Position numbers and translations under genes: made by a program. Shown one piece after another: positions 1 to 12,500 of a stretch of 51,428 bases of DNA. This DNA is from Tubiluchus corallicola (Eukaryota; Animalia; Priapulida): the NCBI GenBank assembly GCA_030141605.1, contig JAQGDQ010000251.1, positions 275,798 through 327,225 of the forward strand, read 5' to 3'. The notes beneath the pieces were generated by a model. That model worked only from the letters and a program-made list of their open reading frames with translations, did no database searches and was not told where the DNA came from. Within the stretch, counting starts at the first letter, position 1, and every line of letters starts with the position of its first letter.

Positions 1-3000
1 TTTAAACTTTTACTAGGCTGATTAAGGCTGGGAAGAGAAATGGGGACCTTGGTCAAGCTCTTTACTTACAAAGAATAGGAAAGTAAGGTCTAATATGTTT
101 AGTTTTACTTAAATTACTTGGTATATCATATGACTCATATTTACATCGTGGTAGTGACCATTTATCGTTCCACCATGTCGTGCCATGATTAGATTGTTGC
201 ACCTAATTTAACGCAATGTATACTTTATCTAAATATATCTTATCACTCATATTCACATCATGGTAGTGACCATTTATCGTTCCACCACGTCGTGCCATGA
301 TTAGAATGTTACACCTAAGTTAGTACATTGTATATTATGTAGAACAATAGACTTACTAACTTTTAGCGAGTATTGCTCTTTTTACATCAGTTCCTTTCTC
401 CTTTCGTAGTTAGACTTCAACTGCAAGTAGGCAATGCTGGATTAATTTTTTTGACAAATTTATTACCTTTAATTAAGTTAGTTAGATGGAACTCAAGTGC
501 AGCCACCTCCTCGTGGTGAGTTCTGGGATGATTTGGCATGAAACATGAACACTGTTGACAATGATGATGATGATATTGTAGTGCATAATGCATGTAAATG
601 TAAAATTTTGCAATAATTATTTATCATAGTTAGGCAGTTGGTAGCTTAGGGGCCAAAACCTCATGCCAAATCATGCGAAGAGCTGCACACAGCCCACACG
701 AGTTCACAGACATGAAACTGAATGAAAATAATTTAAACTTTTACTAGGCTGATTAAGGCTGGGAAGAGAAATGGGGACCTTGGTCAAGCTCTTTACTTAC
801 AAAGAATAGGAAAGTAAGGTCTAATATGTTTAGTTTTACTTAAATTACTTGGTATATCATATGACTCATATTTACATCGTGGTAGTGACCATTTATCGTT
901 CCACCATGTCGTGCCATGATTAGATTGTTGCACCTAATTTAACGCAATGTATACTTTATCTAAATATATCTTATCACTCATATTCACATCATGGTAGTGA
1001 CCATTTATCGTTCCACCACGTCGTGCCATGATTAGAATGTTACACCTAAGTTAGTACATTGTATATTATGTAGAACAATAGACTTACTAACTTTTAGCGA
1101 GTATTGCTCTTTTAACATCAGTTCCTTTCTCCTTTCGTAGTTAGACTTCAACTGCAAGTAGGCAATGCTGGATTAATTTTTCTGACAAATTTATTACCTT
1201 TAATTAAGTTAATTAGATGGAACTCAAGTGCAGCCACCTCCTCGTGGTGAGTTCTGGGATGATTTGGCATGAAACATGAACACTGTTGATAATGATGATG
1301 ATGATATTGTAGTGCATAATGCATGTAAATGTAAAATTTTGCAATAATTATTTATCATAGTTAGGCAGTTGGTAGCTTAGGGGCCAAAACCTCATGCCAA
1401 ATCATGCGAAGAGCTGCACACAGCCCATACGAGTTCACAGAAATGAAACTGAATGAAAATAATTTAAACTTTTACTAGGCTGATTAAGGCTGGGAAGAGA
1501 AATGGGGACCTTGGTCAAGCTCTTTACTTACAAAGAATAGGAAAGTAAGGTCTAATATGTTTAGTTTTATTTAAATTACTTGGTATATCATATGACTCAT
1601 ATTTACATCGTGGTAGTGACCATTTATCGTTCCACCATGTCGTGCCATGATTAGATTGTTGCACCTAATTTAACGCAATGTATACATTATCTAAATATAT
1701 CTTATCACTTATATTCACATCATGGTAGTGACCATTTATCGTTCCACCACGTCGTGCCATGATTAGAATGTTACACCTAAGTTAGTACATTGTATATTAT
1801 GTAGAACAATAGACTTACTAACTTTTAGCGAGTATTGCTCTTTTAACATCAGTTCCTTTCTCCTTTCGTAGTTACACTTCAACTACAAGTAGGCAATGCT
1901 GGATTAATTTTTTTGACAAATTTATTACGGTAATTATTTAATCGATCTATAGGTAATATCTTATTATTACTTTTAATTAAGTTAGTTAGATGGAACTCAA
2001 GTGCAGCCACCTCCTCGTGGTGAGTTCTGGGATGATTTGGCATGAAACATGAACACTGTTGAAAATGATGATGATGATATTGTAGCGCATAATGCATGCA
2101 AATGTAAAATTTTGCAATAATTATTTATCATAGTTAGGCAGTTGGTAGCTTAGGGGCCAAAACCTCATGCCAAATCATGCGAAGAGCTGCACACAGCCCA
2201 CACGAGTTCACAGAAATGAAACTGAATGAAAATAATTTAAACTTTTGCTAGGCTGATTAAGGCTGGGAAGAGAAATGGGGACCTTGGTCAAGCTCTTTAC
2301 TTACAAAGAATAGGCAAGTAAGGTCTAATATGTTTAGTTTTACTTAAATTACTTGGTATATCATATGACTCATATTTACATCGTGGTAGTGACCATTTAT
2401 CGTTCCACCATGTCGTGCCATGATTAGATTGTTGCACCTAATTTAACGCAATGTATACTTTATCTAAATATATCTTATCACTCATATTCACATCATGGTA
2501 GTGACCATTTATCGTTCCACCACGTCGTGCCATGATTAGAATGTTACACCTAAGTTAGTACATTGTATATTATGTAGAACAATAGACTTACTAACTTTTA
2601 GCGAGTATTGCTCTTTTAACATCAGTTCCTTTCTCCTTTCGTAGTTAGACTTCAACTGCAAGTAGGCAATGCTGGATTAATTTTTTTGACAAATTTATTA
2701 CCTTTAATTAAGTTAGTTAGATGGAACTCAAGTGCAGCCACCTCCTCGTGGTGAGTTCTGGGATGATTTGGCATGAAACATGAACACTGTTGATAATGAT
2801 GATGATGATGATGATATTGTTGGGCATAATGCATGCACATGTAAAATTTTGCAATAATTATTTATCATAGTTAGGCAGTTGGTAGCTTAGGGGCCAAAAC
2901 CTCATGCCAAATCATGCGAAGAGCTGCACAGCCCACGCGAGTTCACAGAAATGAAACTGAATGAAAATAATTTAAACTTTTACTAGGCTGATTAAGGCTG

Positions 3001-6000
3001 GGAAGAGAATTGGGGACCTTGGTCAAGCTCTTTACTTACAAAAGAATAGGCAAGTAAGGTCTAATATGTTTAGTTTTACTTAAATTACTTGGTATATCAT
3101 ATGACTCATATTTACATCGTGGTAGTGACCATTTATCATTCCACCATGTCGTGCCATGATTAGATTGTTGCACCTAATTTAACGCAATGTATACTTTATC
3201 TAAATATGTTTACGTTTACCTACATCTACTATATCTTATCACTCATATTCACATCATGGTAGTGACCATTTATCGTTCCACCACGTCGTGCCATGATTAG
3301 AATGTTACACCTAAGTTAGTACATTGTATATTATGTAGAACAATAGACTTACTAACTTTTAGCGAGTATTGCTCTTTTAACACCAGTTCCTTTCTCCTTT
3401 CGTAGTTAGACTTCAACTGCAAGTAGGCAATGCCGGATTAATTTTTTTGACAAATTTATTACCTTTAATTAAGTTAGTTAGATGGAACTCAAGTGCAGCC
3501 ACCTCCTTGTGGTGAGTTCTGGGATGATTTGGCATGAAACATGAACACTATTGATAATGATGATGATGATATTGTAGAGCATAATGCATGTAAATGTAAG
3601 ATTTTGCAATAATTATTTATCATAGTTAGGCAGTTGGTAGCTTAGGGGCCAAAACCTCATGCCAAATCATGCGAAGAGCTGCACACAGCCCACACGAGTT
3701 CACAGAAATGAAACTGAATGAAAATAATTTAAACTTTTACTAGGATGATTAAGGCTGGGAAGAGAAATGGGGACCTTTGTCAAGCTCTTTACTTACAAAG
3801 AATAGGCAAGTAAGGACTAATATGTTTAGTTTTACTTAAATTACTTGGTATATCATATGACTCATATTTACATCGTGGTAGTGACCATTTATCGTTCCAC
3901 CATGTCGTGCCATGATTAGATTGTTGCACCTAATTTAACGCAATGTATACTTTATCTAAATATATCTTATCACTCATATTCACATCATGGTAGTGACCAT
4001 TTATCGTTCCACCACGTCGTGCCATGATTAGAATGTTACACCTAAGTTAGTACATTGTATATTATGTAGAACAATAGACTTACTAACTTTTAGCGAGTAT
4101 TGCTCTTTTAACATCAGTTCCTTTCTCCTTTCATAGTTAGACTTCAACTGCAAGTAGGCAATGCTGGATTAATTTTTTGACAAATTTATTACCTTTAATT
4201 AAGTTAGTTAGATGGAACTCAAGTGCAGCCACCTCCTCATGGTGAGTTCTGGGATGATTTGGCATGAAACATGAACACTATTGATAATGATGATGATGAT
4301 ATTGTAGGGCATAATGCATGTAAATGTAAGAATTTGCAATAATTATTTATCATAGTTAGGCAGTTGGTAGCTTAGGGGCCAAAACCTCATGCCAAATCAT
4401 GCGAAGAGCTGCACACAGCCCACACGAGTTCACAGAAATGAAACTGAATGAAAATAATTTAAACTTTTACTAGGCTGATTAAGGCTGGGAAGAGAAATGG
4501 GGACCTTGGTCAAGCTCTTTACTTACAAAGAATAGGCAAGTAAGGTCTAATATGTTTAGTTTTACTTAAATTACTTGGTATATCATATGACTCATATTTA
4601 CATCACGGTAGTGACCATTTATCGTTCCACCATGTCGTGCCATGATTAGATTGTTGCACCTAATTTAACGCAATGTATACTTTATCTAAATATATCTTAT
4701 CACTCATATTCACATCATGGTAGTGACCATTTATCGTTCCACCACGTCGTGCCATGATTAGAATGTTACACCTAAGTTAGTACATTGTATATTATGTAGA
4801 ACAATAGACTTACTAACTTTTAGCGAGTATTGCTCTTTTAACATCAGTTCCTTTCTCCTTTCGTAGTTAGACTTCAACTGCAAGTAGGCAATGCTGGATT
4901 AATTTTTTTGACAAATTTATTACCTTTAATTAAGTTAGTTAGATGGAACTCAAGTGCAGCCAGCTCCTCATGGTGAGTTCTGGGATGATTTGGCATGAAA
5001 CATGAACACTATTGATAATGATGATGATGATATTGTAGGGCATAATGCATGTAAATGTAAGATTTTGCAATAATTATTTATCATAGTTAGGCAGTTGGTA
5101 GCTTAGGAGCCAAAACCTCATGCCAAATCATGCGAAGAGCTGCACACAGCCCACACGAGTTCACAGAAATGAAACTGAATGAAAATAATTTAAACTTTTA
5201 CTAGGCTGATTAAGGCTGGGAAGAGAAACGGGGACCTTGGTCAAGCTCTTTACTTACAAAGAATAGGCAAGTAGGTCTAATATGTTTAGTTTTACTTAAA
5301 TTACTTGGTATATCATATGACTCATATTTACATCGTGGTAGTGACCATTTATCGTTCCACCATGTCGTGCCATGATTAGATTGTTGCACCTAATTTAACG
5401 CAATGTATACTTTATCTAAATATATCTTATCACTCATATTCACATCATGGTAGTGACCATTTATCGTTCCACCACGTCGTGCCATGATTAGAATGTTACG
5501 CCTAAGTTAGTACATTGTATGTTATGTAGAACAATAGACTTACTAACTTTTAGCGAGTATTGCTCTTTTAACATCAGTTCCTTTCTCCTTTCGTAGTTAG
5601 ACTTCAGCTGCAAGTAGGCAATGCTGGATTAATTTTTTTGACAAATTTATTACCTTTAATTAAGTTAGTTAGATGGAACTCAAGTGCAGCCACCTCCTCA
5701 TGGTGAGTTCTGGGATGATTTGGCATGAAACATGAACACTATTGATAATGATGATGATGATATTGTAGGGCATAATGCATGTAAATGTAAGATTTTGCAA
5801 TAATTATTTATCATAGTTAGGCAGTTGGTAGCTTAGGGGCCAAAACCTCATGCCAAATCATGCGAAGAGCTGCACACAGCCCACACGAGTTCACAGAAAT
5901 GAAATTGAATGAAAATAATTTAAACTTTTACTAGGCTGATTAAGGCTGGGAAGAGAAATGGGGACCTTGGTCAAGCTCTTTACTACAAAGAATAGGCAAG

Positions 6001-8792
6001 TAAGGTCTAATATGTTTAGTTTTACTTAAATTACTTGTATATCATATGACTCATAATTACATCATGGTAGTGACCATTTATCGTTCCACCATGTCGTGCC
6101 ATGATTAGATTGTTGCACCTAATTTAACGCAATGTATACTTTATCTAAATATATCTTATCACTCATATTCACATCATGGTAGTGACCATTTATCGTTCCA
6201 CCACGTCGTGCCATGATTAGAATGTTACACCTAAGTTAGTACATTGTATGTTATGTAGAACAATAGACTTACTAACTTTTAGCGAGTATTGCTCTTTTAA
6301 CATCAGTTCCTTTCTCCTTTCGTAGTTAGACTTCAGCTGCAAGTAGGCAATGCTGGATTAATTTTTTTGACAAATTTATTACGGTAATTATTTAATCGAT
6401 CTATAGGTAATATCTTATTATTACCTTTAATTAAGTTAGTTAGGTGGAACTCAAGTGCAGCCACCTCCTCGTGGTGAGTTCTGGGATGATTTGGCATGAA
6501 ACATGAACACTGTTGACAATGATGATGATGATATTGTAGCGCATAATGCATGCAAATGTAAAATTTTGCAATAATTATTTATCATAGTTAGGCAGTTGGT
6601 AGCTTAGGGGCCAAAACCTCATGCCAAATCCTGCGAAGAGCTGCACACAGCCCACACGAGTTCACAGAAATGAAACTGAATGAAAATAATTTAAACTTTT
6701 ACTAGGCTGATTAAGGCTGGGAAGAGAAATGGGGACCTTGGTCAAGCTCTTTACTTACAAAGAATAGGCAAGTAAGGTCTAATATGTTTAGTTTTACTTA
6801 AATTACTTGGTATATCATATGACTCATGTTTACATCGTGGTAGTGACCATTTATCGTTCCACCATGTCGTGCCATGATTAGATTGTTGCACCTAATTTAA
6901 CGCAATGTATACTTTATCTAAATATATCTTATCACTCATATTCACATCATGGTAGTGACCATTTATCATTCCACCACGTCGTGCCATGATTAGAATGTTA
7001 CACCTAAGTTAGTACATTGTATATTATGTAGAACAATAGACTTACTAACTTTTAGCGAGTATTGCCCTTTTAACATCAGTTCCTTTCTCCTTTAGTAGTT
7101 AGACTTCAACTGCAAGTAGGCAATGCTGGATTAATTTTTTTGACAAATTTATTACCTTTAATTAAGTTAGTTAGATGGAACTCAAGTGCAGCCACCTCCT
7201 CGTGGTGAGTTCTGGGATGATTTGGCATGAAACATGAACACTGTTGACAATGATGATGATGATATTGTAGTGCATAATGCATGCAAATGTAAAATTTTGA
7301 AATAATTATTTATCATAGTTAGGCAGTTGGTAGCTTAGGGGCCAAAACCTCATGCCAAATCATGCGAAGAGCTGCACAGCCCACGCGAGTTCACAGAAAT
7401 GAAACTGAATGAAAATAATTTAAACTTTTACTAGGCTGATTAAGGCTGGGAGGAGAAACGGGGACCTTGGTCAAGCTCCTTACTTACAAAGAATAGGCAA
7501 GTAAGGTCTAATAAGTTTAGTTTTACGTAAATTACTTTCTATATCATATGACTCATATTTACATCGTGGTAGTGACCATTTATCGTTCCACCATGTTGTG
7601 CCATGATTAGATTGTTGCACCTAATTTAACGCAATGTATACTTTATCTAAATATATCTTATCACTCATATTCACATCATGGTAGTGACCATTTATCGTTC
7701 CACCACGTCGTGCCATGATTAGAATGTTACACCTAAGTCAATTTACATTGTATATTATGTAGAACAATAGACTTATAACTTTTAGCTTAAGTATTGCTCT
7801 TTTAACATCAGTTCCTTTCTCCTTTCGTAGTTAGACTTCAACTGCAAGTAGGCAATGCTGGATTAATTTTTTTGACAAATTTATTACCTTTAATTAAGTT
7901 AGTTAGATGGAACTCAAGTGCAGCCACCTCCTCGTGGTGAGTTCTGGGATGATTTGGCATGAAACATGAACACTGTTGACAATGATGATGATGATATTGT
8001 AGTGCATAATGCATGTAAATGTAAAATTTTGCAATAATTATTTATCATAGTTAGGCAGTTGGTAGCTTAGGGGCCAAAACCTCATGCCAAATCATGCGAA
8101 GAGCTGCACACAGCCCATACGAGTTCACAGAAACGAAACTGAATGAAAATAATTTAAACTTTTACTAGGCTGATTAAGGCTGGGAAGAGAAATGAGGACC
8201 TTGGTCAAGCTCTTTACTTACAAAGAATAGGCAAGTAAGGTCTAATATGTTTAGTTTTACTTAAATTACTTGGTATATCATATGACTCATATTTACATCG
8301 TGGTAGTGACCATTTATCGTTCCACCATGTCGTGCCATGATTAGATTGTTGCACCTAATTTAACGCAATGTATACTTTATCTAAATATATCTTATCACTC
8401 ATATTCACATCATGGTAGTGACCATTTATCGTTCCACCACGTCGTGCCATGATTAGAATGTTACACCTAAGTTAGTACATTGTATATTATGTAGAACAAC
8501 AGACTTACTAACTTTTAGCGAGTATTGCTCTTTTAACATCAGTTCCTTTCTCCTTTCGTAGTTAGACTTCAACTGCAAGTAGGCAATGCTGGATTAATTT
8601 TTTTGACAAATTTATTACCTTTAATTAAGTTAGTTAGATGGAACTCAAGTGCAGCCGCCTCCTCGTGGTGAGTTCTGGGATGATTTGGCATGAAACATGA
8701 ACACTATTGATAATGATGATGATGATATTGTAGAGCATAATGCATGTAAATGTAAGATTTTGCAATAATTATTTATCATAGTTAGGCAGTTG
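1..8792 (+). repeat. Tandem satellite, ~731-bp monomer (729-773 bp), 11 complete copies plus 1 partial; open at the window's left edge
   Basis: TTTAAACTTTT(A/G)CTAGG recurs at 1, 732, 1463, 2236, 2971, 3728, 4458, 5189, 5919, 6690, 7419 and 8153. Copies are near-identical, with shared 42-bp and 25-bp indel variants. Confidence 0.98.
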
Positions 8793-9527
8793 CAGCTCTT
8801 CGCATGATTTGGCATGAGGTTTTGGCCCCTAAGCTACCAACTGCCTAACTATGATAAATAATTATTGCAAAATTTTACATTTGCATGCATTATGCCCAAC
8901 AATATCATCATCATCATCATTATCAACAGTGTTCATGTTTCATGCCAAATCATCCCAGAACTCACCACGAGGAGGTGGCTGCACTTGAGTTCCACCTAAC
9001 TAACTTAATTAAAGGTAATAATAAGATATTATCTAATAGATCGATTAAATAATTACCATAATAAATTTGTCAAAAAAATTAATCCAGCATTGCCTACTTG
9101 CAGTTGAAGTCTAACTACGAAAGGAGAAAGGAACTGATGTTAAAAGAGAAATACTCGCTAAAAGTTAGTAAGTCTATTGTTCTACATAATATACAATGTA
9201 CTAACTTAGGTGTAACATTCTAATCATGGCACGACGTGGTGGAACGATAAATGGTCACTACCATGATGTGAATATGAGTGATAAGATATAGTAGATGTAG
9301 GTAAACGTAAACATATTTAGATAAAGTATACATTGCGTTAAATTAGGTGCAACAATCTAATCATGGCACGACATGGTGGAACGATAAATGGTCACTACCA
9401 CGATGTAAATATGAGTCATATGATATAGAAAGTAATTTAAGTAAAACTAAACTTATTAGACCTTACTTGCCTATTCTTTGTAAGTAAGGAGCTTGACCAA
9501 GGTCCCCATTTCTCCTCCCAGCCTTAA
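8791..9527 (-). repeat. Inverted monomer of the same satellite, forming a long imperfect palindrome with ~8174-8792
   Basis: From TGCAGCTCTTCGCATGATTTGG to CCCAGCCTTAA the sequence is the reverse complement of monomer positions ~22-686. The spacer at 8793-8837 is 45 bp. Confidence 0.97.
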
Positions 9528-12500
9528 CTGCGCCGTCTAAGATTCCAAAATTCTCTGTTATGATCCCAAAAGCTTCCAAATCCAACTACAAAATAAATTG
9601 ATGTAAGTTTATAGCACGGTTTATTTTATTTCATTTTGTTGCCGCAAAGAGCCTTCAGTACACAGCCTCTTTCAGATCTTTTCCTGGGTAAATTGTCACT
9701 CATATTTTCTGGTCGATAATTGTTTCATTTCTATGCCTGCTATAGTTTGGAAGTGGGATGGCATGGCATGAATGAATTAAAGAGAAAGTCAACCATTTGT
9801 TTTCCTCATTCGTCAGTTCACAACTTCACAATATTGCATCGTGCTGTGAGTCCTTAGTTATGCACGAATGAATTAAAGAGAAAATCAACTGTTTCTTTTC
9901 CTCATTCGTCAGTTTACAACTTCACGGTACTGTATCATGCGTGTGAGATCTTAGTTTGCAAATCATCAGTAAATCAGTAACGCAACAGTAATTTAAATTA
10001 AATAGGAACAATGTACCGACATTCCTTTCTGAAATGACTAGCTCACTGTTAATAATAAATTAGTAATAAAGAACCGATAAGCGTTTGTATATCACAGATG
10101 AAAACATTATTATAGAGGTGATTACGACTATTGACAAAGAGGAAAACTGAATCAACAAAAGGAAAAAGTCATTTCACCCGTTGACTGATAATATTTCATT
10201 TCAGATTAATCTCAGTGACTGATGTCATTTAAAAATATGCCAAAGTGTCCAAAAATTTGTCCAGAATGTGTCAAAATGAATAGAACATTAAACTGCATCT
10301 CCAAAAACGAGGTTACAGTCTGGTGGACATGACATTTTATTCTTTACATTGTTCTTACCTGATTTATTAGTAGCCCAGTCTATCATTTCAAACAGTGATG
10401 CCCAAGGCTCTTTCATTAAACTCAAGTGGTGATAAAAAGAAACAAGAGCATCTTTCGGATTTCTGGTGGTATATATTATCTGAAAATAACAGAGGAATTT
10501 TTTTATGCTTGAACCAAAGGAATTGATAGAGAAGTTTTAAGTTTCAGTCAATTTTTTGATATCGATCACAGTTTTTTTATGTACCATAAGCCACAGAAAA
10601 TAAACTTCACTTAGTACACCACAGACAGTTTTACAAAGGAAGATTGGTGCCTGCAGTTCAAAAGTCAGGTGTGTCATTATATTTAGCACACTTAATTTTG
10701 TGTATTTGACATAGTTTAGTTGATGTAACTCATTTTGTTGCTTTGTTCTCTGTTACATTGATCCGTATCATATGATGTTAAAGGAAGGCAGGATGATTTT
10801 TCATATACTACCCCATTTTCAAGTCCAATAAAAAGTATACATTTTAACATTATTAATACTGCATAAGTTTTTGTGATAATTAAATGGTGAGCCCAACTAT
10901 TGATGACGTCGCAAACTAACATAATTTTCATTAGCAAAAATATTGCATGAGCGTGTTGCACATGTTTGCGAAAGCGAAAATTGCAGTACAGTGTTACTGC
11001 AAGATATTCAGTGTGTCGTACAGGAATTTGGCAAGTGTTAAGATAAAGATTCAAATTTCAGTTTGTCACAAACTAACACATCTGAACTGACAGGTACAGC
11101 ACTCATTTCCAAAATGCAAGTGCTAGTACCCGTGTAACCAGAGAATGGTGAAATGCACGTAACAGTGAAGAACTAGTGGCATGAATGCGAAATTGTGTTG
11201 GTGTGATAATAATTCTTTCATGTAAGTCATTCTTTAAAAAAATAGTATGTTTCCTTTTAATATTTCAAAGAATAGATTGTTTGACCTATAGTTTTAAGAT
11301 TGGGTTTGGTTTTGTGTTAAATTCGAAAAACAATCCTAATATAAATATTTTTTAGCTACAAGCAAACACATGTTGTTGCTAAAGTTGAACCATTCTCACG
11401 TTTCGCCTTGAGGTTAACTTTATACCCTCAATGTTTGGTTTAAATGGTATTTTGTCAATACAAATTGAATATGTAGGTACATACATTGATTCGACGGAAA
11501 ACAAGAAGAATTGTTAACAAGATTGGCTAACAGGTTCAGAAAACCTATATTAAAGCCTCTCCGTATGAGATTTCACTGTACAATACAGTTTGATCTACAT
11601 ATGATATATGAGTTTGTTTTTGTGTTGATTACAATAAAAGAGCAAAAAACATTAAATGTGAGTGAATGCCGAGGATGAGTAATCAAAGTGATTTCAGATG
11701 ATGAAAATTAGTGATGTGTCCGGAATACTTAATAAGTTATAAAGTGTCATGAATGTGGATAAGCAGAGTCATGTGAAATGCTTATTCTGAATAATGAATT
11801 GAATAGCTGACAAAATAATATCATTATGAAGTGCTACTGGGTAAGAAACGTTTAATATTTCAAGTTTCACTTCGGTGTCAGTTAGGAGAGCTCTAGTTTG
11901 ATAAGACAGGAAACGGAATAACGATCATTGTCATTGTGATTATTTCTATTTTTGCAGCTACCGATATCATGATCGTTGCCAGTATGATTATTTTTCTATT
12001 TTTGCAACTACCGATATCACAATCGTTGTCAGTATGATTATTTTTCTATTTTTGCAACTACCGATATCACAATCGTTGTCAGTATGATTATTTTTCTATT
12101 TTTGCAACTACCGATATCATGATCGTTGTCAGTATGATTATTTTTCTATTTTTGCAACTACCGATATCACAATCATTGTCAGTATGAATTATTTTTCTAT
12201 TTTTGCAACTACCGATATCACAATCGTTGTCAGTATGAATTATTTTTCTATTTTTGTAACTACCGATATCACCATCGTTGTCAGTATGATTATTTTTCTA
12301 TTTTTGCAACTACCGATATCACGATCGTTGTCAGTATGATTATTTTTCTATTTTTGCAACTACCGATATCACGATCGTTGTCAGTATGAATTATTTTTCT
12401 ATTTTTGCAACTACTGATATCACGATCGTTGTCAGTATGAATTATTTTTCTTTTTTTGCAACTACTGATATCACGATCGTTGTCAGTATGAATTATTTTT

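Noticed and set aside
360-460. Hammerhead ribozyme or snRNA/SL RNA in the satellite (CTGATGT on the minus strand; Sm-like AATTTTTTTGA)
   Set aside because: The core is CTGATGT rather than CUGANGA and I could not build the three stems. There is no match to U snRNA conserved motifs. An Rfam scan would settle it.
1879-6551. His-rich 62-72 aa ORFs on the minus strand of the satellite
   Set aside because: They arise from the (ATG)n run, are open in only a few monomers and show no recognisable domain.
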